Below are positions 32,032 through 39,224 of a DNA stretch of 39,224 nt, one piece after another (the first letter of the stretch is position 1; every line of letters begins with the position of its first letter). The notes below the pieces were generated by a model. That model did not search any database. It had not been told where the DNA came from and worked only from the letters and a program-made list of their open reading frames with translations. The position numbers were made by a program, and so were the translations under genes. This stretch comes from Candidatus Omnitrophota bacterium (GTDB taxonomy: Bacteria > Omnitrophota > Gorgyraeia > JABMRN01): the NCBI GenBank assembly GCA_043822175.1, contig JBDRBZ010000123.1, positions 1 through 39,224 of the forward strand, in the 5' to 3' direction.

Positions 32032-32105
32032 TGCCCGGTAGTGTAACGGTAGCACAGCAGCTTTTGGAGCTGCGCGTCCTGGTTCGAATCCAGGCTGGGC
32101 AACCA
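32032..32105 (+). tRNA. tRNA-Gln (anticodon TTG)
   Basis: 74-nt cloverleaf folded by hand: acceptor TGCCCGG/CTGGGCA (U1-A72), D arm GTGT/GCAC, anticodon arm GCAGC-TTTTGGA-GCTGC (anticodon 32064-32066), T arm CCTGG-TTCGAAT-CCAGG, with an encoded CCA. Confidence 0.92.
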
Positions 32106-32231
32106 AATTTTGCGAAGAAAAATTTGTCCTGGGGGCATGAATATAGCGAAGCAAAATTTGAAAAACGTGAAAAATAGAAATTTGAAAATAGACCGAAATT
32201 GATTCTCAGTAGTTATTGAATTTTAGGGCAT

Positions 32232-33512
32232 ATGAAAAAAAACATCGCATGTCTTATTCTGGCGGCGGGAAGGGGGACGAGGATGAAGTCCTCTCTGCCG
32301 AAGCCGCTTCATGAGATCCATTCCAGACCCATGCTGGGGTATCTCATTGATACGGTGCGGGCGCTTGGAATAAAAAGGATCGGGCTCGTGTTCGGGCATG
32401 AGGCCGGGAAGCTCAGGCGCGTTTTTAAGGGGTTTGACGTGGTCCTGCAGCGGAGGCCCCTGGGCAGCGGCGATGCCATAAGGTGCGCAAAGGCTTATTT
32501 CCGCGCCTATTCCGGTGATATACTGCTGCTTTATTCGGATACGCCGCTTCTTAAGGCAGAAACATTGAAGGCCCTGATTGAGACGCACGCGAAAAACGGC
32601 AACAAATGCACGCTTCTTACCGCGGTAATGAGCGATCCGAAAGGGTACGGCAGGATATTGCGGGATGATTCGGGCAGGGTAAAGAAAATAGTCGAGGAGA
32701 CGGACGCGGCGTTTTATGAACAGGCTATCCGGGAAATAAACGTGGGGGCTTATATGCTTGACAAAAAAACCCTTTTTGAAAATATAGACAGGATAAGGCC
32801 TAACAGGCGGAAAAAGGAGTTTTTTCTGACCGATATAATAGAGATATTCGGGAAGCAAAATCTCAAGATGGGTTTCCATACTACGGATGACCCTACGGAG
32901 GCGCAGGGCGTGAACTCCAGGGTAGATCTTGCACTGGCAAATGAAATAGCCGGGCGAAGGGTAACGGATGATCTCATGGCGCAAGGTGTAACCATAGAGG
33001 ACCCGTCCACGACCAGCGTGGACAAGGACGCTAAAGTCGGGCAGGATACGGTGATTTATCCGCATACTATCATCGAGAAAGACGTTGTCATAGGGCGCGA
33101 TTGCCGCATCGGCCCGTACGCCAGGTTAAGGCCCGGTACGGTCCTGGACGCTAAAGTCGAAGTGGGCAATTTTGTCGAGCTTGTCAGAACAAGGGTGGGC
33201 GCGGGGTGCAAGATAAAGCACATGACCTATCTCGGAGACGCGGTACTCGGGAAAGGCATCAACATAGGCGCGGGGACCATTACGGCTAATTATGACGGCA
33301 AGGATAAAAACAGGACTGAAATTGGGGATAACGCCTTTATCGGGGTCGGGGCTATACTTATAGCGCCGGTGAAAATAGGACGCGGCGCAGTCGTCGGGGC
33401 AGGCAGCGTGGTTACAAAGGGCCGGAATGTCCCGGCTGACGCCACGGTCCTGGGGGTGCCGGCAAAAATATACAAAAAGCGGACAAAAAATAAAAGCCGG
33501 AGGGAAAAATGA
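32232..33512 (+). CDS. glmU: Bifunctional UDP-N-acetylglucosamine pyrophosphorylase / GlcN-1-P acetyltransferase
   Basis: 426 aa. Shows LAAGRGTRMKS at the N-terminus and C-terminal left-handed beta-helix hexapeptide repeats. Confidence 0.9.
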   Translation: MKKNIACLILAAGRGTRMKSSLPKPLHEIHSRPMLGYLIDTVRALGIKRIGLVFGHEAGKLRRVFKGFDVVLQRRPLGSGDAIRCAKAYFRAYSGDILLLYSDTPLLKAETLKALIETHAKNGNKCTLLTAVMSDPKGYGRILRDDSGRVKKIVEETDAAFYEQAIREINVGAYMLDKKTLFENIDRIRPNRRKKEFFLTDIIEIFGKQNLKMGFHTTDDPTEAQGVNSRVDLALANEIAGRRVTDDLMAQGVTIEDPSTTSVDKDAKVGQDTVIYPHTIIEKDVVIGRDCRIGPYARLRPGTVLDAKVEVGNFVELVRTRVGAGCKIKHMTYLGDAVLGKGINIGAGTITANYDGKDKNRTEIGDNAFIGVGAILIAPVKIGRGAVVGAGSVVTKGRNVPADATVLGVPAKIYKKRTKNKSRREK

Positions 33513-34447
33513 CTGATAAACTAAAGATATTTACGGGCAGCTCGAACAGGCCTGTCGCCGAAGGTATATGCAGGACCTTGAGGATCAATATGGGCAGCGC
33601 CGATGTCGAGAGATTCAGTGACGGTGAAATACGCGTAAAGGTTAACGAGAATGTGAGGGGGGAAGACGTTTTTGTGGTGCAGTCTACCTCAAGCCCGGCG
33701 AACGACAACATCATGGAGCTCCTGATAATGATCGACGCGCTTAAGCGCGCGTCGGCGTCACGGATAACCGCGGTACTGCCTTATTTCGGGTACGCCAGGC
33801 AGGACAGGAAAGATCAGCCGAGGGTGCCCATTACGGCAAAACTTGTGGCCAATATCCTTACGCGGGCCGGGGCCAACAGGGTGCTTACCGTTGACCTGCA
33901 TGCGGGCCAGATACAGGGCTTTTTCGATATCCCCCTGGATCACCTCTACGCGGTAAACGTATTCGTGGAATATTTCGAGAAGATGAAAATGACCAATCTT
34001 ACCATCGTATCTCCGGATGTCGGGGGCATAAAAATGGCGCGTGCCTACGCCAAGAGGTTAAACGCCAACCTGGCCATAGTCGATAAGAGGCGGATAGACG
34101 ATAAAAAGACAGAGGTCATGAATATAATGGGTGAGGTTGAGGGACAGAACGTGGTGATAGTCGATGATATAGTGGCCACGGCCGGCAGCCTTATCGAAGC
34201 CGCCCAGGCAGTGAAAAACGCCGGCGCCCTTGACGTTTACGCGGCGATAACTCACCCTGTCTTAAGCGGGCCGGCCATAGAGAGGATACGCTACAGCGTC
34301 CTTAAGAAAATGCTGACCACGGATACGATAAAGATCGAGGAGTCAAAGGCGACCGAGAAAATAGAGGTAATATCCATTGTGCCCCTTCTGGCCGAGGCCA
34401 TAAGGAGGATACACAATGAGCAGTCTGTAAGCATGTTATTCGATTAA
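33509..34447 (+). CDS. prs: Ribose-phosphate pyrophosphokinase
   Basis: 312 aa. Shows LPYFGYARQDRK and the PRPP-binding loop VIVDDIVATAGS. There is an ATGA overlap with glmU. Confidence 0.96.
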   Translation: MTDKLKIFTGSSNRPVAEGICRTLRINMGSADVERFSDGEIRVKVNENVRGEDVFVVQSTSSPANDNIMELLIMIDALKRASASRITAVLPYFGYARQDRKDQPRVPITAKLVANILTRAGANRVLTVDLHAGQIQGFFDIPLDHLYAVNVFVEYFEKMKMTNLTIVSPDVGGIKMARAYAKRLNANLAIVDKRRIDDKKTEVMNIMGEVEGQNVVIVDDIVATAGSLIEAAQAVKNAGALDVYAAITHPVLSGPAIERIRYSVLKKMLTTDTIKIEESKATEKIEVISIVPLLAEAIRRIHNEQSVSMLFD

Positions 34448-34470
34448 ATCGCGAAACGGAGGTAATGATA

Positions 34471-35178
34471 ATGGAGAAGGTAATATTGACCGCGGAAGTG
34501 AGACAGGAAACCGGCAAATCACATGCCAAGCATCTCAGGCGGAACAATCTTGTGCCGGCAGTATGTTACAGGGGCGGCAAGGAGTGCGTGAGCCTTAAGG
34601 TGGGCGCAAAAGCCCTTTATCAGGCCCTGCATACGAAGGCCGGGGAAAACGTGCTGATCACGCTGAACGTGGAAGGGGCTAAGACAAAAAAGGAACGCAC
34701 TGTCCTGGTGAAGGAAGTGCAGGTAGACCCCATACGCGGGGATCTGCTGCACGTTGATTTTAACGAGATATCACTGACCGAAAAAATAAAGGTAAAAGTC
34801 CCTGTTACGACGCACGGCGAGGCAAAGGAAGTGCAGAGGGAAAGCGGGGTTGTCGAACACACTGTATGGGAGGTCGAGGTGGAATGCCTGCCGACCAACA
34901 TTCCGGAAAAAATACAGGTGGAGATCGAAGGCATGAAAATAGGCGACACTGTCCATATCGGCGATCTTAAAGCCCCTGAAGGGGTTAAAATTCTGGGAGA
35001 TCCGGAGCTTATCGTGCTGATTGCCAAGGCGTCAAAGGTAGAAGTCGTGGAGGAAGTGCCTGTGGAAGGTGAGGCCGAAGAGCCTGAAGTTATAGCCAAA
35101 GGCAAGAAGCCTGAAGAGGAAGGCGAGGAAGAAGACGCGGAAGCGGCGCCTCAGGAAAAGAAGGATAAAAAGGAATAG
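34471..35178 (+). CDS. rplY: 50S ribosomal protein L25 / general stress protein Ctc, with an acidic tail
   Basis: Shows EVRQETGKSHAKHLRRNNLVPAVCYG and a two-domain Ctc form. ATG 34471 lies 8 nt after GGAGG (34458-34462). The track's ATG 34465 is only 2 nt from the SD. Confidence 0.88.
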   Translation: MEKVILTAEVRQETGKSHAKHLRRNNLVPAVCYRGGKECVSLKVGAKALYQALHTKAGENVLITLNVEGAKTKKERTVLVKEVQVDPIRGDLLHVDFNEISLTEKIKVKVPVTTHGEAKEVQRESGVVEHTVWEVEVECLPTNIPEKIQVEIEGMKIGDTVHIGDLKAPEGVKILGDPELIVLIAKASKVEVVEEVPVEGEAEEPEVIAKGKKPEEEGEEEDAEAAPQEKKDKKE

Positions 35179-35198
35179 CTGTTTGTGCGGTATAACCG

Positions 35199-35774
35199 AT
35201 GAAGCTTATTGTTGGGCTGGGCAACCCGGGGTTCAGGTACAGGAATACCCGGCATAATGTTGGATTCATGGCCGTATCGCATATAGCGCATAAACACGGG
35301 ATAAGGTTGAAGAAGAGGCTTTACAACGGCCTGGCAGGGGAAGGGCGCATAGCCGGCAAAAATGTACTGTTGCTTCTTCCTCAGGGGTTTATGAATCTAT
35401 CGGGTGAATCGGTAAAACCGGCCGCCGGCAGGCTTGGCGGCATTGAAGACATGATAATATGCTATGATGACAAGGACCTGAGGCTTGGCCGTATAAGGTT
35501 CAGGGAAAAAGGGTCAAGCGGCGGGCATAAAGGGGTAGGGTCGATTATAGAATCACTGGGGACCGGTGAATTCTCAAGGCTCCGGATCGGCATACATCCC
35601 GATAACGGGATAGAGGACACTTCCGAATTTGTGTTAAGGCCGTTTACGAAAGGCGAAAAAACGGTACTCGACAGTGTGCTGGATGTTACAGTCAGCGGCA
35701 TAGAGACATGGATAAAGAGCGGCATCGGGGCCTGCATGAATCGCTACAACGGCGCGTGTGCGACGGATGTATAA
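35199..35774 (+). CDS. pth: Peptidyl-tRNA hydrolase
   Basis: 191 aa. Shows MKLIVGLGNPG..Y..TRHNVGF. Confidence 0.95.
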   Translation: MKLIVGLGNPGFRYRNTRHNVGFMAVSHIAHKHGIRLKKRLYNGLAGEGRIAGKNVLLLLPQGFMNLSGESVKPAAGRLGGIEDMIICYDDKDLRLGRIRFREKGSSGGHKGVGSIIESLGTGEFSRLRIGIHPDNGIEDTSEFVLRPFTKGEKTVLDSVLDVTVSGIETWIKSGIGACMNRYNGACATDV

Positions 35775-35821
35775 AAAGGCGGTAGGCATAGGGCTTGAAT
35801 TAGGGAAGGAGATATGTTAAT

Positions 35822-36109
35822 ATGCGAGACTATGAAGCGTTGTTCATTCTGAAACCGAAAGATGACGAAGGTATCGAAAAGGCCATTGCCTCGGTGCTCA
35901 GCACTATTGAAAAAAACAAAGGCAAGGTCAACAATCAGGAGAATTGGGGTAAACAGAATATCGCCTTCAAGATAAAGAAGGAAAAAGAGGGCGTTTATTA
36001 CAAACTGCATTTCTCCGCAGAACCGTCCGCGATAAAGGACATGGAAGCCGCGTACCGGCTGAATTCGGATATCCTGCGGTCGATGTTTATCGCAAGAGAA
36101 TCTAAATAG
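35822..36109 (+). CDS. rpsF: 30S ribosomal protein S6
   Basis: 95 aa. Shows MRDYEALFILKP, and lies at the head of an rpsF-ssb-rpsR arrangement. Confidence 0.93.
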   Translation: MRDYEALFILKPKDDEGIEKAIASVLSTIEKNKGKVNNQENWGKQNIAFKIKKEKEGVYYKLHFSAEPSAIKDMEAAYRLNSDILRSMFIARESK

Positions 36110-36154
36110 ATCCATTCCGCGTGTGCCGGTTTACCTTGATGAGGGGGTGACAAT

Positions 36155-36625
36155 ATGGCGGCGAGTCTGAACAGAGTATTTTTGATGGGTAATCTTACCC
36201 GGGATCCGGAGCTTAGGTATATCCCCAGCGGGACGGCGGTTGCTTCTTTTACGCTTGCGGTAAACAGGACATTTACGGGCCAGAGCGGAGAGAAGAAAGA
36301 CGAAGTGGCGTTTATACGTATTGTCGTGTGGGGCAGGCGCGCTGAAGTGTGCGGGGAATATCTGTCCAAAGGAAGCCCTGTTTTTGTCGAAGGGCGGCTG
36401 CGCACGCGGTCGTGGAAGACGCCGGACGGGCAGGCCAGGAGCGCCATGGAGGTCGTGGCCCAGAGCGTTCAGTTCCTGCGGGGCGCGGCGCGCGCGCCGC
36501 AGACCGGCGGGGCAGATAGCGATGCGGCGCACGAGGAACCGGACACAATCGACCTCAGCAGTGACGGCGTCGGTAAAGATCAGAGCGGTTTTGGAGAAGG
36601 GGGCGCGGAAGAAATCCCCTTTTAA
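36155..36625 (+). CDS. ssb: Single-stranded DNA-binding protein
   Basis: 156 aa. Has the OB-fold N-terminus LNRVFLMGNLTRDPELRY, a disordered Gly/Ala-rich tail and an acidic C-terminal tip EEIPF. Confidence 0.95.
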   Translation: MAASLNRVFLMGNLTRDPELRYIPSGTAVASFTLAVNRTFTGQSGEKKDEVAFIRIVVWGRRAEVCGEYLSKGSPVFVEGRLRTRSWKTPDGQARSAMEVVAQSVQFLRGAARAPQTGGADSDAAHEEPDTIDLSSDGVGKDQSGFGEGGAEEIPF

Positions 36626-36666
36626 CGGGTAAACACTGAAACAAAGGCTGAAAGGAACGGTAAAAA

Positions 36667-36942
36667 ATGGAGAGAAGAGGAAGATCGGCAGACGGAAAGG
36701 ATGACAGGAAAAAGAGGTCCAAGCGTACCTTTATCAGGCAGAAGCCCAAGTGCAAATTCTGCCTCAACAGAATTGAGCAAATAGATTATCTTGATTATCA
36801 GTCCCTGGGGCGGTTTACTACGGAACGCGGCAAGATACTGCCTTCACGTATAACCGGGACATGCGCAAAACATCAACGGCAGCTCGCTGCGGCCATTAAA
36901 AGGGCGCGGTTTATGGGGCTTATGCCCTATGTGGCCACATAG
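36667..36942 (+). CDS. rpsR: 30S ribosomal protein S18
   Basis: 91 aa. Shows CKFC....[27 protein letters not shown]. Confidence 0.95.
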   Translation: MERRGRSADGKDDRKKRSKRTFIRQKPKCKFCLNRIEQIDYLDYQSLGRFTTERGKILPSRITGTCAKHQRQLAAAIKRARFMGLMPYVAT

Positions 36943-36991
36943 ACATCGGCAAACAAAATAGACGCGGATATTACCGTGTAAGGAGCGTAAG

Positions 36992-37435
36992 ATGGAAGTC
37001 ATAATGCTGAAAGACGTGGAAAATATCGGAAAAGAAGGCGATGTGGTCAAGGTTAAAGACGGTTACGCCAGAAATTTTCTCATACCGAAGGGATTAGCGG
37101 ACCTGGCGACAAAACAGACTATGAATATACTGGAACAGCGGAAGAAGAAAAAGCGGCTTGAGGAAGAGCGCCTTAAGGCCCAGGCCGCGGAACTGGCCGG
37201 CAAAATAACCGCTCTTTCATGCACGATTCCGGTGGAGGCGGGCGTAGAGGACAAGATCTTCGGTACGGTGACATCCGAGATGATAAGAAACGTGCTGCGG
37301 AACGAGGGCATAGAAGTCGATAAAAAGAATATTGTTATAGATGAGCCCATTAACAAACTCGGCGTTTACCAGATTAAGATTAAGATGCACCCCGAGGTAA
37401 CGGCAGACCTCAGGATATGGGTTGTGAAGAAATAG
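36992..37435 (+). CDS. rplI: 50S ribosomal protein L9
   Basis: 147 aa. Shows MEVIMLKDVENIGKEGDVVKVKDGYARNFLIPKGLA. Confidence 0.95.
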   Translation: MEVIMLKDVENIGKEGDVVKVKDGYARNFLIPKGLADLATKQTMNILEQRKKKKRLEEERLKAQAAELAGKITALSCTIPVEAGVEDKIFGTVTSEMIRNVLRNEGIEVDKKNIVIDEPINKLGVYQIKIKMHPEVTADLRIWVVKK

Positions 37436-37453
37436 AAATGCAGGGTAAGTATC

Positions 37454-38803
37454 ATGGCATTACATGAGGTGGTGGGCAAAGTCCCTCCGCAGAACATCGA
37501 GGCCGAGATAGCCGTTCTCGGATCGATGCTTCTTGAAAGGGATGCGGTAAGCCAGGCGATCGAGATCATCGACGAATCCTTTTTCTATAAAGACGCCCAC
37601 AGGATCATATATTCCGCTATCGTAAAACTATACGATTCAAACAAAGCCGTTGATACCATTACGCTCGTGGAAGAGCTGAAGAAGCGGAACCGCCTGGAGG
37701 AAATCGGCGGGGTCTCTTATCTTACAACCCTTACCGCCAGCATCCCCACGGCAGCCAATATCGAATACTATGCCAAGATAGTCAAGGAAAAGGCGATCCT
37801 GCGCAGCCTCATATCCACCGCGAGCCAGATAGTGTCCGAAAGCTACGATGCCTCGTCAAACGTTGACAACCTCCTCGATAAGGCCGAGAAAATGATTTTC
37901 GATATCTCATCGAATAAGGTAGAGTCAAATATCGTATCGATCAAGGATGTCATAAAATCCAGCATAGAGGCCATTGATAACCTTTACCAGAGGAAAGAGC
38001 ATGTGACGGGCCTGGCTACGGGTTTTCATGAATTCGATATCATGACTGCTGGGCTGCAGCCGTCAGACTTTATAGTCATAGCCGGAAGGCCCTCAATGGG
38101 CAAAAGCGCCCTGGTCACGTGCATGGCCGAACATATAGCCGTTGTCGAGAAAAAACCGATAGCCTTTTTCAGTATCGAAATGTCGAAGGAACAGCTTGTG
38201 CAAAGGCTGCTTTGTTCGCACGCGCGGGTAGATTACCATAAGGTAAGGACCGGATTCCTGTCGCAGTCAGACTGGCCCAGGCTTGTGAACGCTGCCGGCA
38301 AGCTGTCCGAGTCGCCCCTGTACATAGATGACACCCCAGGCATTACAGTCCTTGAACTGAGGGCAAAGGCCAGACGGCTGAAATCCAAATATGATATCCA
38401 GCTCATCGTCATGGACTACATGCAGCTCATACAGGGCCCGCAAGGCATAGAAAACAGGCAGCAGGAGATTTCGGAAATATCGCGCTCGATAAAGGCCCTG
38501 GCCCGCGAATTGCACGTACCGGTTATCGCCGTCAGCCAGCTTTCCAGGGCAGTGGAGCAGAGGTCGGATAAACGGCCGCAACTGTCGGATCTGAGGGAAT
38601 CAGGGGCCATAGAACAGGATGCCGACCTGGTAATACTACTGCTCAGGGAAGAATATTATAACCCGACGGACGAAAACAGGGGTACCGCCGAGGTGATTGT
38701 GGCAAAACAGCGTAACGGCCCGGTGGGGTCCGTGAAGCTGGCTTTTATACACGAATTCACGAGGTTCGAGAACCTGGCCAAGAGAGAAGAAGTGGAGTTT
38801 TAA
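37454..38803 (+). CDS. dnaB: Replicative DNA helicase
   Basis: 449 aa. Shows PPQNIEAEIAVLGSML, Walker A GRPSMGKSAL and the RecA-like C-terminal domain. Confidence 0.96.
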   Translation: MALHEVVGKVPPQNIEAEIAVLGSMLLERDAVSQAIEIIDESFFYKDAHRIIYSAIVKLYDSNKAVDTITLVEELKKRNRLEEIGGVSYLTTLTASIPTAANIEYYAKIVKEKAILRSLISTASQIVSESYDASSNVDNLLDKAEKMIFDISSNKVESNIVSIKDVIKSSIEAIDNLYQRKEHVTGLATGFHEFDIMTAGLQPSDFIVIAGRPSMGKSALVTCMAEHIAVVEKKPIAFFSIEMSKEQLVQRLLCSHARVDYHKVRTGFLSQSDWPRLVNAAGKLSESPLYIDDTPGITVLELRAKARRLKSKYDIQLIVMDYMQLIQGPQGIENRQQEISEISRSIKALARELHVPVIAVSQLSRAVEQRSDKRPQLSDLRESGAIEQDADLVILLLREEYYNPTDENRGTAEVIVAKQRNGPVGSVKLAFIHEFTRFENLAKREEVEF

Positions 38804-38835
38804 TGCCGCCGCGCGTAAATAAGGAGGAGAAACCA

Positions 38836-39224
38836 TTGAGACTTAAAAAAATATGCGGGGTTTTCACATGTATCGCGGTTTGTTTGCTGTTCTTATCGTC
38901 GGGTTCTGACGCCCAGGGGCAGAAGGCCGTGATAAAGGAAGTGCGCGTTGATGGCAACAGGGCCGTGAGCGAAGCGACAATTCTTTCCAAGATAAAAACC
39001 CGTCCCGGTGACGCGTTCAGCCAGGATATCCTGAACGATGACCTTAAAAGACTTTACGCGATGGGGTATTTTACAGATGTGTCCATTGATGTCCAGGGCG
39101 AAGAGGAAGGCCTCATAATTGTGATACTCGTGGAGGAAAAGCCCATTGTCGAGGATGTCGTTATCACGGGAAACAGCAAGATCTCAACCTCCAAGCTGAA
39201 ACAGGGCATGCAGATAAAGACGGG
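38836..39224 (+). CDS. bamA: Outer membrane protein assembly factor BamA, N-terminal fragment (runs off the window; not in the ORF track)
   Basis: TTG 38836 lies 8 nt after AAGGAGG (38821-38827). The signal peptide LRLKKICGVFTCIAVCLLFLSSGSDAQG is followed by a POTRA-1 pattern IKEVRVDGNRAVSEATILSKIKTRPGDAFSQDILNDDLKRLYAMGYFTDV...EEKPIV..V.I.GN. The frame is open to nt 39224. Confidence 0.8.
   Translation, partial: MRLKKICGVFTCIAVCLLFLSSGSDAQGQKAVIKEVRVDGNRAVSEATILSKIKTRPGDAFSQDILNDDLKRLYAMGYFTDVSIDVQGEEEGLIIVILVEEKPIVEDVVITGNSKISTSKLKQGMQIKT

Overview
This is a 39.2-kb, very gene-dense stretch of bacterial chromosome using the standard genetic code (TAA, TAG and TGA all end clear genes). Coding is almost entirely on the + strand. 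I call 42 CDS and 2 tRNAs, with no rRNA, CRISPR array, transposase or integrase. Two of the CDS are tentative micro-ORFs, and four are absent from the supplied ORF track. Only one gene, a PilZ-domain protein, lies on the - strand.

Most of the window is housekeeping:
- Purine synthesis: purN, then purB-purC-purM-purD-purE.
- eno-ftsB and gmd-fcl (GDP-fucose synthesis).
- tsaC, a YwlE-like phosphatase, rpiB, glyA, a dCMP deaminase and nrdR.
- hisG, a split transketolase, and ispE-spoVG-tRNA(Gln)-glmU-prs-rplY-pth.
- rpsF-ssb-rpsR-rplI-dnaB, and the start of bamA.

Several of these blocks match Bacillus-type gene order as I remember it, while bamA implies a diderm envelope. The lineage cannot be assigned without a search; an uncultured, streamlined diderm is my guess only.

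The non-housekeeping content is concentrated in a few places:
1. nt 1-5178: a giant orphan membrane protein of at least 1720 aa, open to the window edge. It has a CPBP/Abi intramembrane-protease core in the middle and a separate HExxH motif. This is my best candidate for something undescribed.
2. nt 5206-7694: a carbamoyltransferase, SxtJ-like and SxtK/DUF5989-like triad with no toxin cluster around it.
3. nt 26122-30657: the two transketolase subunit genes are split apart by a short-loop FtsH paralogue and a tightly coupled orphan lipoprotein.
4. A SpoVG with a zinc-ribbon insertion.
5. Two arginine/lysine-rich micro-ORFs flanking hisG; the downstream one looks bS22-like.
6. A 436-bp non-coding gap with an 11-nt direct repeat next to the purB promoter.
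7. A 12-nt motif shared by the 3' flanks of both tRNA genes.

All family calls come from motif and sequence recognition by eye. No database search, covariance model or structure prediction was run.
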